Origin: Pyrinomonadaceae bacterium | GTDB taxonomy: Bacteria > Acidobacteriota > Blastocatellia > Pyrinomonadales > Pyrinomonadaceae | Assembly (NCBI GenBank): GCA_036279935.1 | Contig: DASURS010000253.1 | Location: 95 to 64,094 of the forward strand | Length of the DNA stretch: 64,000 bases | Direction: 5' to 3' | In this document: positions 36,022-43,870 of the stretch, one piece after another | Layout: every line of letters starts with the position of its first letter | How positions within the stretch are numbered: the stretch's first letter is position 1 | Program-made: the position numbers and the translations under genes | Notes under the pieces: generated by a model | What the model was told of the DNA's origin: nothing | The model's database searches: none | What the model saw: the letters and a program-made list of their open reading frames with translations, nothing else

Positions 36022-36423
36022 TCAAGACTTTTGATAGCGGGCCCTCACCACTGTCTTGATGTTTCCGCGCACGTGGAAATCGCCTTCGATCTCCACGCTC
36101 AGCGGATCACAGGCGGCGACGAAGTCTTCGAGAATGATGTTGATGACGTGCTCGTGAAAGATCTTCACGTTGCGGAACGAGTTTATATAGAGCTTCAAAC
36201 TCTTCAACTCGATGCAGCGCTCGTTGGGAACGTACTCCAGCCGGATCGTCGCGAAGTCGGGGAAATCCGAGAACGGACAGATGGCCGTAAACTCCGGCAT
36301 CTCGAAGTTGATCTTGATTTCGCGGCCGGGAAACTCGTACGCGAACGTATCGAGCGGAAAGAGGTTCATCTCGGCGCGCGGAGTGGACTGAATCTCGAGA
36401 CACTGCTGATTCGTCGGCTTCAT
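36022..36423 (-). CDS. queF: NADPH-dependent 7-cyano-7-deazaguanine reductase (unimodular type)
   Basis: [17 protein letters not shown] (catalytic Cys) and the QueF motif [13 protein letters not shown]. 133 aa. Confidence 0.92.
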   Translation of the reverse strand: MKPTNQQCLEIQSTPRAEMNLFPLDTFAYEFPGREIKINFEMPEFTAICPFSDFPDFATIRLEYVPNERCIELKSLKLYINSFRNVKIFHEHVINIILEDFVAACDPLSVEIEGDFHVRGNIKTVVRARYQKS

Positions 36424-36426
36424 TTC

Positions 36427-37176
36427 TTAAGTTCGTGCTGCTCTACCTCTATCAAAAAACTTAATCAACACCAAACCCGCAAGAAACCCGCCGACGTGGG
36501 CAGCGTAAGCAACGCCGCCTTGCTGCGAGCCGCCGCCGAACAGGCCAAGCCCGCTAATCAGCTGGAACAGGAACCAGATGCCGATCGCGACGTACGCAGG
36601 CACGTCCGTGAGGAAACGGAAAAGAATGACGGTCACGCGCCGCGATGGATGAAGCAGGATGTAGCCGCCCAACACACCCGAAATCGCTCCCGACGCGCCC
36701 AGACTCGGGACGAGCATGTCCGCTTGTTCGCCGGCAAAAGCCGCCGTCGTGAACACGTGGGCCAACGACGCGATGACGCCGCAGAGCAGGTAGAAGATGA
36801 CGTAACGAACGTGGCCCAGACGGTCCTCGATGTTGTCGCCGAAGATCCAGAGAAAGAGCATGTTGCCGGCGATGTGGGCGATGCCGCCGTGCATGAACAT
36901 CGAGGTAAACAAAGTCAGATAAACCGAACCCGGCGTTTCTTCGAGTCCGGGGATGCGCACCCGTTGGCCCGCATACTCGATCACCTGCGCCTGCGTCACG
37001 ACGTCGTGTCCGGACATGATCTCCGCCGGGACCGTCGAGAACGCGTAAGTAAACCAGGTGTCGCTTCCCAGTCGCTGGAGCACGATGAACACGAAAATGT
37101 TCAGGGCGATGATGACGTAGTTGACCCAGGGAATCAGGGTTCTGTCGGTGTTGTCGTCGTAGAGCGGAAAAACCAT
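36427..37176 (-). CDS. rhomboid family intramembrane serine protease
   Basis: MFMHGGIAHIAGNMLFLWIFG, GASGAISGVLGGY (catalytic Ser), and a downstream His in AAHVGGFLAG. Start set at MVFPLYDDN (ATG 37176). Confidence 0.88.
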   Translation of the reverse strand: MVFPLYDDNTDRTLIPWVNYVIIALNIFVFIVLQRLGSDTWFTYAFSTVPAEIMSGHDVVTQAQVIEYAGQRVRIPGLEETPGSVYLTLFTSMFMHGGIAHIAGNMLFLWIFGDNIEDRLGHVRYVIFYLLCGVIASLAHVFTTAAFAGEQADMLVPSLGASGAISGVLGGYILLHPSRRVTVILFRFLTDVPAYVAIGIWFLFQLISGLGLFGGGSQQGGVAYAAHVGGFLAGLVLIKFFDRGRAART

Positions 37177-37269
37177 GGTCCTGTGCCTCGATTCCGCGCG
37201 CGGGCGCAAAATTCAGAAAGTTTAACTCTGCGCGTATGCGGAGATTTTAACGTGGCTGTTACTAAACAG

Positions 37270-38727
37270 TTAATCCGCGGCGCGGTTTGTCATCGGTACG
37301 CCGGCATGCACGATCGCGGGTTCGTGTGGTCTCAATAATTCGTAGCCTTCCGAGCGGGCGACGTACGTCGCTGCCGTCAGATCGCCGGTGACGTTCAATG
37401 TCGTGCGGCACATGTCGAGTATGCGATCGACGCCCAAAATGATCGCGATCAGCGCGGGATTGACTCCGATCGTTACCAGCACGCCAATGATGAAGGGAAT
37501 CGAGCCCGACGGAATGCCGGCCGTCCCAATGCCGCCCAGGATCGCGAGATAGACCACCATCAACTGCTGGCCCAACGTCAGATCGACGCCGGCGAGCTGG
37601 GCCAGGAAGAGCACCGTCACGCCTTCGTACAAGGCGGTGCCGTTTTGGTTCGCAGTTGCGCCGACAGTCAACACGAAGCTGTTGATCTCCTGCGGCACGC
37701 CGAGGTTCTGTTCGGACACACGCAACGCCGTCGGCAGCGTCGCGTTTGATGACGACGTGGAGAAAGCGGTCAGGATCACGGTCTTGATGCGACGGAAAAA
37801 CTCGAGCGGCGAGATGCGCGACAGGAAGTAAACCGACAACGAGTAGACGCCGAACATGTGCAGCGCGAGGCCGATCAGAACAGTCGCCATGAACCACCCG
37901 AGCGCTTGCAGCAGATCGAGCCCGAACCGTGCCGTGTTATTGAACAGCAGGCACGCGACGGCAAACGGCGCGAACTTCATGATCATCTCGATGATCTTCG
38001 CCGTGACTTCGTAAACGCCTTCGAGCACGCGCAGCAGCGGCGCGGTCACAGTCACAGGAAGCAGCGTGATCGCGACGCCGATCATCAGCGCGAAGAACAT
38101 CAGGTGCAGCATGTTCGCGTCTTCTTTGCCGCCGACGGCGAAGAAGGGATTTCGCGGAACGATCGTTTCAACGACCGACATCAACGGCGTCGAAGTCGCA
38201 CCGGCTGCTTTCTGCGCGTCTGCAACTCTGGAACTCGCGTCGCCGGCGAAGCGTTGCTGTAGCGCCGCGGACGTCGCCGGATCGATCCTGGTGCCCGGCC
38301 TGATCGTGTTGGCGAGCGTGAGACCGATGGCGACCGAGATCGCCGAGATCACCAAACAATAGGCAAATGACTTGATCCCGACGCGCCCGAGTTTTCGAAC
38401 ATCGCCGATGCCAGCGACGCCGACGACCAGCGACGCAAACACCAGCGGCACGACGATCATCAGCAGCAGACGCAGAAACAGTTGGCCCACCGGCTGCGTG
38501 ATGTTGTCGACTACCCAGACGACTCTGGCGTTGTCGCCGCCCCACTGCTTGTTCGCGCCGATGCCCGCGAGGACGCCGACGAGAAGTCCAAGCAGGATCT
38601 TCGTGTGAAGCGCCATGCCCTTCGGCTTGTCAGGCGTCTCTTCGTCGAGATCGGTACCGACTTCGCGTTCAAATTCGTCGCGGTGAAGTCGATCCGGGTT
38701 GCGGCCATTGTCTGTTTGTTCGGGCAT
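37270..38727 (-). CDS. dicarboxylate/amino acid:cation symporter (DAACS, GltP/GltT-like)
   Basis: SSSNATLP, TVGATANQNGTALYEG and NVTGDL motifs. Confidence 0.88.
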   Translation of the reverse strand: MPEQTDNGRNPDRLHRDEFEREVGTDLDEETPDKPKGMALHTKILLGLLVGVLAGIGANKQWGGDNARVVWVVDNITQPVGQLFLRLLLMIVVPLVFASLVVGVAGIGDVRKLGRVGIKSFAYCLVISAISVAIGLTLANTIRPGTRIDPATSAALQQRFAGDASSRVADAQKAAGATSTPLMSVVETIVPRNPFFAVGGKEDANMLHLMFFALMIGVAITLLPVTVTAPLLRVLEGVYEVTAKIIEMIMKFAPFAVACLLFNNTARFGLDLLQALGWFMATVLIGLALHMFGVYSLSVYFLSRISPLEFFRRIKTVILTAFSTSSSNATLPTALRVSEQNLGVPQEINSFVLTVGATANQNGTALYEGVTVLFLAQLAGVDLTLGQQLMVVYLAILGGIGTAGIPSGSIPFIIGVLVTIGVNPALIAIILGVDRILDMCRTTLNVTGDLTAATYVARSEGYELLRPHEPAIVHAGVPMTNRAAD

Positions 38728-38753
38728 GTTTTATTTGTGCCTTTTTGTGGTTA
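38728..38753. repeat. single-arm TAA-CCACAAAAAGGCACAAATAAAAC element filling the nadK-stop to transporter-ATG gap
   Basis: Minus strand reads TAACCACAAAAAGGCACAAATAAAAC followed immediately by ATG (38727). Confidence 0.85.
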
Positions 38754-39629
38754 GCGGCCCCAGCGCAACTTGTCACGCAGCACGTCGAAGTAGTTTCGAT
38801 TGCTCGGCTGCACCAGGTTGAACATCACTTTGCTCTTGCGAATCACCACGCGGTCCTCGACCTGCAATGGGAATACGACCTGCCCGTCGAGCGTCAACGC
38901 GACTTCTTCGTTGGCCGTTTTTAAAACCAGTTCGATCGTCGCGGTGTCCGGAACGACGATCGGGCGATTGGAAAGCGTGAATGGACATATCGGAGTTATC
39001 ACAGCCGCATTCATCGACGGGAAGACGACCGGGCCGCCGGCGGAGAGGTTGTAAGCTGTCGAACCGGTTGGCGTGGAGACGATGAGTCCATCGGCACGGA
39101 ACGAATTTATCGGGCGCGTGTCGAGGTAGGCTTCGATCTCGATGATGCGCGCGATCGCGGACTTGTTGATTACCACGTCGTTGAGTACGCGGTTGCGGGT
39201 GATCAACTCGTCGCCGCGTTTCAGCTCGACGCCGAGCATGACGCGCTTGTCGAGGCGGAAATTGTCGGAAAGAATCGACTCGAGCGCCTGGTAAAGCTCT
39301 TCGATGCGAAACTCGGCGAGGTAACCAAGCCCGCCGTAGTTGACGCCGAGGACCGGCACTTCGCGATCCCCGACCATACGCGCCGTGGCGATCATCGTTC
39401 CATCGCCGCCCAGGACCAGCATCAAGTCCACGCCGGCTGCGATCTCATCGTGCTGAACTTCTGTAACCGAGCAACCGGTCTTGCGTTCGATCTCGTCGCG
39501 ATTAATCTCCGGCCCGCCCACCAGCTCGATACCGCGCTCGTCGAGCCACTTGACCAGTTCACACGTGGTTTTCACCACATCCGGCTGGTGCGGCTTAACG
39601 ACTAGTCCGATTCGCTTTATCGACGACAT
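38751..39629 (-). CDS. nadK: NAD+ kinase
   Basis: VLGGDGTMI, NDVVINK and PTGSTAYNLSAGGP motifs. Confidence 0.92.
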   Translation of the reverse strand: MSSIKRIGLVVKPHQPDVVKTTCELVKWLDERGIELVGGPEINRDEIERKTGCSVTEVQHDEIAAGVDLMLVLGGDGTMIATARMVGDREVPVLGVNYGGLGYLAEFRIEELYQALESILSDNFRLDKRVMLGVELKRGDELITRNRVLNDVVINKSAIARIIEIEAYLDTRPINSFRADGLIVSTPTGSTAYNLSAGGPVVFPSMNAAVITPICPFTLSNRPIVVPDTATIELVLKTANEEVALTLDGQVVFPLQVEDRVVIRKSKVMFNLVQPSNRNYFDVLRDKLRWGR

Positions 39630-39674
39630 GGTTGAGTGTCTGGGCCGGGATAATACGGGCCAGAGGTTTATGTT

Positions 39675-40424
39675 TCAACCCAAACTGCGCTTGTACAGCG
39701 CGAGAAATTCAACGTTGCCTTCCGCGCCCTGAATCGGCGACTCGATCACGCCTGCCACGTGCAGCCGCAGTTCCGCGGCGCACTGGTTCACCTTTTCAAC
39801 CGCCTGCGCCCGCTTCGCACGATCGCGGACGATGCCGCCGCCACCGACCTCGCCGCGTCCCACCTCGAATTGCGGCTTGATCAACGCGACAATCGCGCCG
39901 CCTTCTTTTATCAGCGGCACAATCGCCGGCAACACCATCGTTGCCGAGATGAACGAGACGTCCATGACTGCGAGATCGAATTTAGTGGGGAAGTCGTCGG
40001 GTTGGAGGTAACGTGCGTTTACGCCTTCGCGACTTTCGACGCGCGGATCGTTGCGCAAGCGCCAGTCGAGTTGGTTGTGGCCGACGTCGATCGCGAAGAC
40101 TTTTCGCGCGCCGTTTTGCAGCAGGCAGTCGGTGAAGCCGCCGGTGGACGCTCCGACGTCGAGACACACGGCGCCATTCACGTCCAACTCAAACTCGCGC
40201 AACGCGGCTTCGAGTTTTATCCCGCCGCGTCCGACGTAGCGCGACGCCGGATCGTCCGCGTGCTTCACGCGGATCGGTGAATCTGTCACAAACTGATCGG
40301 AGGGTTTTTCGACGCGCTGCTCGTTGACGAGCACAACTCCAGCCATCACGAGGGCCTGCGCTTTAGTCCGCGTCTCGGCGAGGCCTCGCTCAACCAGGAG
40401 TTTGTCTATTCGCTCGCGTTTCAC
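39675..40424 (-). CDS. tlyA: TlyA family rRNA (cytidine-2'-O)-methyltransferase
   Basis: S4-like N-terminus (RIDKLLVERGLAETRTKAQALVMAG), LDVGASTGGFTDCLLQNGA SAM motif, DVSFIS. Confidence 0.9.
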   Translation of the reverse strand: MKRERIDKLLVERGLAETRTKAQALVMAGVVLVNEQRVEKPSDQFVTDSPIRVKHADDPASRYVGRGGIKLEAALREFELDVNGAVCLDVGASTGGFTDCLLQNGARKVFAIDVGHNQLDWRLRNDPRVESREGVNARYLQPDDFPTKFDLAVMDVSFISATMVLPAIVPLIKEGGAIVALIKPQFEVGRGEVGGGGIVRDRAKRAQAVEKVNQCAAELRLHVAGVIESPIQGAEGNVEFLALYKRSLG

Positions 40425-40453
40425 GTCATGGACATTACACCATAACGCGGAAT

Positions 40454-40714
40454 TTATGCCCGGCGAGCTGCTGAAGTGACTGCGCGCGGCATCTCGTTGA
40501 GTCTCAGCTCACCGGCGCACGCGTCGCACAGCCAAACGATGATGTGTGGAGCATCAGACCAGAAGAACGAGCTCACTCGTCCCGCGACCTGAACCGCCTG
40601 ATCGACCCTGAGTCGTTGCAAAGCCTGGAGATAAAAAACGCCGTTATAAAATTCGCCATCCACGCCCTCGTCCCGATGAATACACTCCCGCTCGCGAAAC
40701 ATCTGTTTCTTCAT
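40454..40714 (-). CDS. hypothetical small protein (86 aa)
   Basis: ORF with a GGTGA SD-like sequence 6 nt upstream of the ATG. One CDAC motif. No family recognised. Confidence 0.4.
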   Translation of the reverse strand: MKKQMFRERECIHRDEGVDGEFYNGVFYLQALQRLRVDQAVQVAGRVSSFFWSDAPHIIVWLCDACAGELRLNEMPRAVTSAARRA

Positions 40715-40865
40715 GACAAATCACCATATTTCCTCGCGCCGCATCGCGCGAAATATGAACCGTTATTTAATAGCGTCGGGTTTAACCGTGAGGATCAAAC
40801 AGGCTTCGCGAGATGATGCCATTCGATCAGTGATCCGTCAACAACATTTACCACTGATGATCGAT

Positions 40866-41456
40866 TTAATATGGAGGGCGGTCAGGCCGGCGTGTCCCTT
40901 CGAAGATCTCGTCGACGTGCGATAGGTCGCGATCGCCGTAGCGATTGCGGCGTTCGCGTCGTGCGGCGCGACGCATTCGACGCTCTTGCCATTGATCGTA
41001 GAGCACGGCTTCGCGAATCTGGCGGAGTTGTTCTTCTTCTGAGGGTGCGACTTCGCCCGGTCGTGGCGTGACGATGCGCGGGCGCTCGGCGACGGCCGGC
41101 GTTTGTTTTTTCACTGGCGCCGGGTGTTTCACGGGCGGCGCTTCTTCGATCGCAGGCGCGGCTTCAGCGGTTGACTCAAGCGGTATCTCAGCAGTGGTAG
41201 CAGTTTCAGCGGGTTCAGTGTCATTCGCGGGAGCAGTCGTTTCAGGCATTTGCTTGATACGAACCGCCACGAGCGCAGACGCCGCGCCGAGCATCATCGC
41301 GATCACAAAAGCGGCGCTCAGAAACCGAATCCTGCGATTTCTGACGCTCGCACGAATCTCGTCCAGCGGCACGACAGGCTGCGCCGCTTGCACGACGCGC
41401 CGGTCACTAAAATGAGGCGATGAAGCCACCTGATTCTGGATAGTGTCTTCCTTCAT
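40866..41456 (-). CDS. hypothetical single-pass membrane protein with a Pro/Ala/Glu-rich region and an Arg-rich C-terminus
   Basis: TM helix FLSAAFVIAMMLGAASALVAV followed by a low-complexity linker. No family recognised. Confidence 0.45.
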   Translation of the reverse strand: MKEDTIQNQVASSPHFSDRRVVQAAQPVVPLDEIRASVRNRRIRFLSAAFVIAMMLGAASALVAVRIKQMPETTAPANDTEPAETATTAEIPLESTAEAAPAIEEAPPVKHPAPVKKQTPAVAERPRIVTPRPGEVAPSEEEQLRQIREAVLYDQWQERRMRRAARRERRNRYGDRDLSHVDEIFEGTRRPDRPPY

Positions 41457-41587
41457 TCTTGTTCAAAAAACGGGTTGCAATCACGAGGCCACGGGGATAG
41501 CACGAGTTTTTGGGGAAAAACGGCGGAAATCGCCGTCTGAGGAGAGACGAAAACTACCGAAATGGTGCACGGAAATGACGCGTTGTG

Positions 41588-43507
41588 TTACGAAACGCCG
41601 CGCCGCGACTTCGCTCGCCGATCGTCGAGCACGTCAATACTCTCTTTGATGCGGTTGTAAATGCCGTCCGCATCAAGCCCGTACTTGGCCAACAACAGCT
41701 TCGCGTCGCCGTGCGTAATGAGTCGATCCGGAATACCCATCCGCACCACGCGGACTTTATCCTGAAGCCCATTCTCTTCAAGCAACTCAAGAACAGCCGA
41801 GCCAAACCCGCCGGCGAGATACGCTTCCTCGACAGTGACGATCAGTCGCTTCGTGCGCGCGAGGGCGAGCAGCAACGGAGCATCCAGCGGCTTCACGAAC
41901 CGGGCGTTGACCACCGTCGTCTCGATCCGTTCCTTCGACAACTGTTCCGCCGCGGCAAGTGACGGATGGACCATCGAACCGTACGCCACGATCGCGACTT
42001 CGCCGCCGTCTCTAAGAATCTCGCCTTTTCCGATTTCCAGCAGCTCAGGCTCGCGCGTGATATCGACGCCGAGACCGTTGCCGCGCGGATAGCGCATCGC
42101 TGCTGGTCCATTGTGCTCCAGCATTGTGAAGAGCATGTCGCGCATCTCGCCTTCGTCTTTTGGCGCCATCAGGACGATGTTTGGCACCGGCCGGAGATAC
42201 GCGATGTCGAGCAGTCCGTGGTGCGTCTGCCCGTCGCCGCCGGCGATGCCGCCGCGATCGAGACAGAACTTCACGTTGAGATCCTGGATGCAGACGTCAT
42301 GGACGAGTTGATCGAAACCTCGTTGCAGGAAGGTCGAGTAGATCGCGCAAACAGGTTTCAGTCCTTCGCATGACATGCCCGCGGCGAACGTCACGCAATG
42401 TTGTTCGGCGATGCCGACGTCAAACGATCTCTCGGGAAATCTTTCTAGCGGAGTACAAACGCCGGTTCCGTCCGGCATCGCCGCCGTCAACGCGACGACT
42501 TTCGGATCCTTCTCCATCAAGTGGGCCAGCGTATCGCCGAACACCTGCGTGTAGGTTGGCGCTTTAGCACTGCTTTTTACGGGCGCGCCAGTCTTTAGAT
42601 CAAAAGGCCCGGTCGCGTGCCAGCGATAGTAATCAGGTTCGGTTTGCGGAAATCCTTTTCCCTTCGTCGTCAACGCGTGAACGATGACCGGCCCGTCTTT
42701 GATGTGCTTCGCTTCGCGTAGCGCGGCGACCAGCGCGCGCGGGTTGTGACCGTCGACGTAACCGATGTACTTGAAACCAAGCTCGCTCACGAGCGCGCCG
42801 GGCAGCACTGCCGCCGCGATCACGTCCTTCATCGTCTTCGCCGCGTGATGCAGACGCTCGCCGACCGACGGAATCGCCAGCAGTTTCTCCTCGACCTCGT
42901 CTTTGAAACGGTGATAACCATGCGCGCCGCGAATGCGATTCAAATAACCCGTCAAAGCGCCGACTGCCGGCGCGATCGACATCTCATTGTCGTTGAGCAC
43001 GACGATCAAACGGCTCTTCAAATGGCCCGCCTGGTTGATCGCCTCCATCGCCATGCCGCCGGCTAGCGACGCGTCGCCGATCAACGCGACGACATGATGG
43101 TCTTCACCTTTTCGATCGCGCGCGATGGCCATACCGAGCGCGGCCGAAAGCGAGGTCGAAGCATGGCCCGCGCCGAAAGTGTCGTATTCCGACTCGTCAC
43201 GCCGGAGAAACCCGCTGATGCCGCCGTACTGTTTGATCGTCGGCAACAGCTCGCGGCGTCCGGTCAGGATCTTGTGCGCGTAGGCCTGGTGGCCCACGTC
43301 CCAGACGAGCCGATCGTGCGGCGTGTCGAACGCGTAGTGCAGCGCGACAGCCAATTCGACGGCGCCGAGCGACGCGCCTGTGTGCCCGCCGACGCGAGAC
43401 ATCGTCTCGAGGATGTAGTTCCGAATTTCGTCGGCAACGGCTCGAAGTTGATCAACTGGAAGAGCGCGCAGGTCGGCAGGCGAGTTAATACTCTCGAGAA
43501 GACTCAT
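41588..43507 (-). CDS. dxs: 1-deoxy-D-xylulose-5-phosphate synthase
   Basis: GGHTGASLG, GDGSLAGGMAMEA-like TPP motif (GDASLAGGMAMEAIN), and a transketolase-like C-terminal half. Start set at MSLLESINSPADLR (ATG 43507). Confidence 0.93.
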   Translation of the reverse strand: MSLLESINSPADLRALPVDQLRAVADEIRNYILETMSRVGGHTGASLGAVELAVALHYAFDTPHDRLVWDVGHQAYAHKILTGRRELLPTIKQYGGISGFLRRDESEYDTFGAGHASTSLSAALGMAIARDRKGEDHHVVALIGDASLAGGMAMEAINQAGHLKSRLIVVLNDNEMSIAPAVGALTGYLNRIRGAHGYHRFKDEVEEKLLAIPSVGERLHHAAKTMKDVIAAAVLPGALVSELGFKYIGYVDGHNPRALVAALREAKHIKDGPVIVHALTTKGKGFPQTEPDYYRWHATGPFDLKTGAPVKSSAKAPTYTQVFGDTLAHLMEKDPKVVALTAAMPDGTGVCTPLERFPERSFDVGIAEQHCVTFAAGMSCEGLKPVCAIYSTFLQRGFDQLVHDVCIQDLNVKFCLDRGGIAGGDGQTHHGLLDIAYLRPVPNIVLMAPKDEGEMRDMLFTMLEHNGPAAMRYPRGNGLGVDITREPELLEIGKGEILRDGGEVAIVAYGSMVHPSLAAAEQLSKERIETTVVNARFVKPLDAPLLLALARTKRLIVTVEEAYLAGGFGSAVLELLEENGLQDKVRVVRMGIPDRLITHGDAKLLLAKYGLDADGIYNRIKESIDVLDDRRAKSRRGVS

Positions 43508-43730
43508 TGTGGCCGCATTGTACTCCAATCACCGCTTTTTGCTACGCAAGCACCGATTCCGCTTCAACGCGACTCGCGTGCTTGGCGGTATAAAGTACTC
43601 TGCTGAAGTGGGCCTGTCAATGGAAAACTGTGGAAGTGTCGCCGGAAGTGCTAAGGCGGATCGCCGCAATAGTCTTCTATAGACGACACTCTCCGCTGCC
43701 GTTTTGCCGCAATTCCGTTTCCCGCAGTGC

Positions 43731-43746
43731 TGGCACAACCGTTGCT
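43731..43746 (+). promoter_or_regulatory. sigma54 (RpoN) -24/-12 promoter: TGGCAC-N5-TTGCT
   Basis: TGGCACAACCGTTGCT at 43731-43746 matches the TGGCAC-N5-TTGCW consensus exactly. It is intergenic, correctly oriented, and about 125 nt upstream of the protease ATG (43871). Confidence 0.65.
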
Positions 43747-43870
43747 CCCCGACTTCAACTGCGAGGGCGTCTCACCCCCAGGCTCGCCCTCCTTCACAAG
43801 CTTACCGGAACAGAACCTGACATCTGATTCCTCACTCTCAAACTTCAGTTGTTACGAAAGGTGTACCTCT

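Noticed and set aside
36424-36426. A preQ1 riboswitch upstream of queF.
   Set aside because: Only 3 nt separate the rhomboid stop from the queF ATG, so there is no room for a leader. queF is evidently translated from the rhomboid-queF co-transcript.
40454-41456. A toxin-antitoxin pair formed by the 86-aa and 196-aa ORFs.
   Set aside because: The genes are 150 nt apart rather than overlapping. The larger one is a membrane-anchored low-complexity protein. Neither shows any motif of known TA families. They are reported only as orphan genes.
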